This document shows positions 31,888 to 32,000 of a DNA stretch of 32,000 nucleotides, in pieces. The DNA lies in the NCBI GenBank assembly GCA_029776205.1, contig JAKOTQ010000096.1, forward strand, positions 101,771-133,770. The letters run 5' to 3'. Under the pieces are notes generated by a model, which saw nothing but the letters and a program-made list of their open reading frames with translations, was not told where the DNA came from and ran no database searches. A program made the translations under genes and the position numbers. The DNA is from Bacillota bacterium (GTDB taxonomy: Bacteria; Bacillota; UBA4882; UBA8346). Each line of letters starts with the position of its first letter. Position 1 is the first letter of the stretch.

Positions 31888-32000
31888 CCGTGCTTCATTT
31901 CAAGCCTGTTATTAGATTTTCTTCCCGGCGAAAATTTGATTCATACGTTCAGTATATTCTCCAGGTTGGGAATAGATATATAAAGGAGGTAAAACTTGCA

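Noticed and set aside
31982-32000. Start of a plus-strand gene at the right edge (AAAGGAGG, then 5 nt, then TTG at 31996)
   Set aside because: The SD is strong and the spacing plausible, but only two codons are visible. The CDS cannot be supported from this window.
1-32000. Mobile elements, prophage or genomic island
   Set aside because: No transposase, integrase, recombinase or phage-like ORF is present, and there are no flanking tRNA or long terminal repeats. By eye, composition is homogeneous apart from the AT-rich spacers.

Overview
The window is a chromosomal segment from what looks like an endospore-forming but LPS-containing (diderm) Firmicute of the Negativicutes/Halanaerobiales type. 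This is inferred from gene content only. Almost all genes are on the minus strand.

Gene order, left to right:
- Two tandem membrane-anchored GltB-like FMN proteins, the first cut by the window edge.
- The spore-coat operon cotJA-cotJB-cotJC.
- A Cys-rich mini-protein and a divergent small ORF.
- A tightly packed ~10.8 kb string of 12 genes: lpxI, lptC, lptA, lptB, one lptF/G-type permease, a DUF3084-like coiled-coil membrane protein, a YqgF/RuvX-like RNase H-fold protein, an OmpM-like SLH/beta-barrel protein, a 305-aa secreted unknown, a compact LptD-like protein, NfeD and flotillin FloA.
- lpxA, then lpxC-fabZ behind a perfect consensus promoter.
- An atypical ABC pair: a MetN/GlnQ-type ATPase plus an 842-aa protein with a huge ectodomain that ends at an EAA-like coupling loop.
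- Two SPOCS/DUF3794 sporulation-type proteins, one of them LysM-tailed and SipL/SpoVID-like.
- A PG-binding/LysM/GH18-like protein.
- cimA, a ZIP metal transporter, a DUF606/DMT transporter, and an orphan CheY with a small helical partner.
- A GlgM-type GT4 glucosyltransferase and a maltokinase (GlgE-pathway genes).

I found no rRNA, tRNA, CRISPR array, transposase or integrase.

The most unusual signals are:
1. The atypical ABC system next to lpxC.
2. The uncharacterised genes embedded in the lpt operon.
3. A family of modular, stuttering intergenic repeats that share exact 9-13-mers across four spacers.
4. A perfect 34-nt palindrome with a third degenerate copy, lying 3' of the SipL-like gene.

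All functional calls come from motif recognition by eye. No database search was run.
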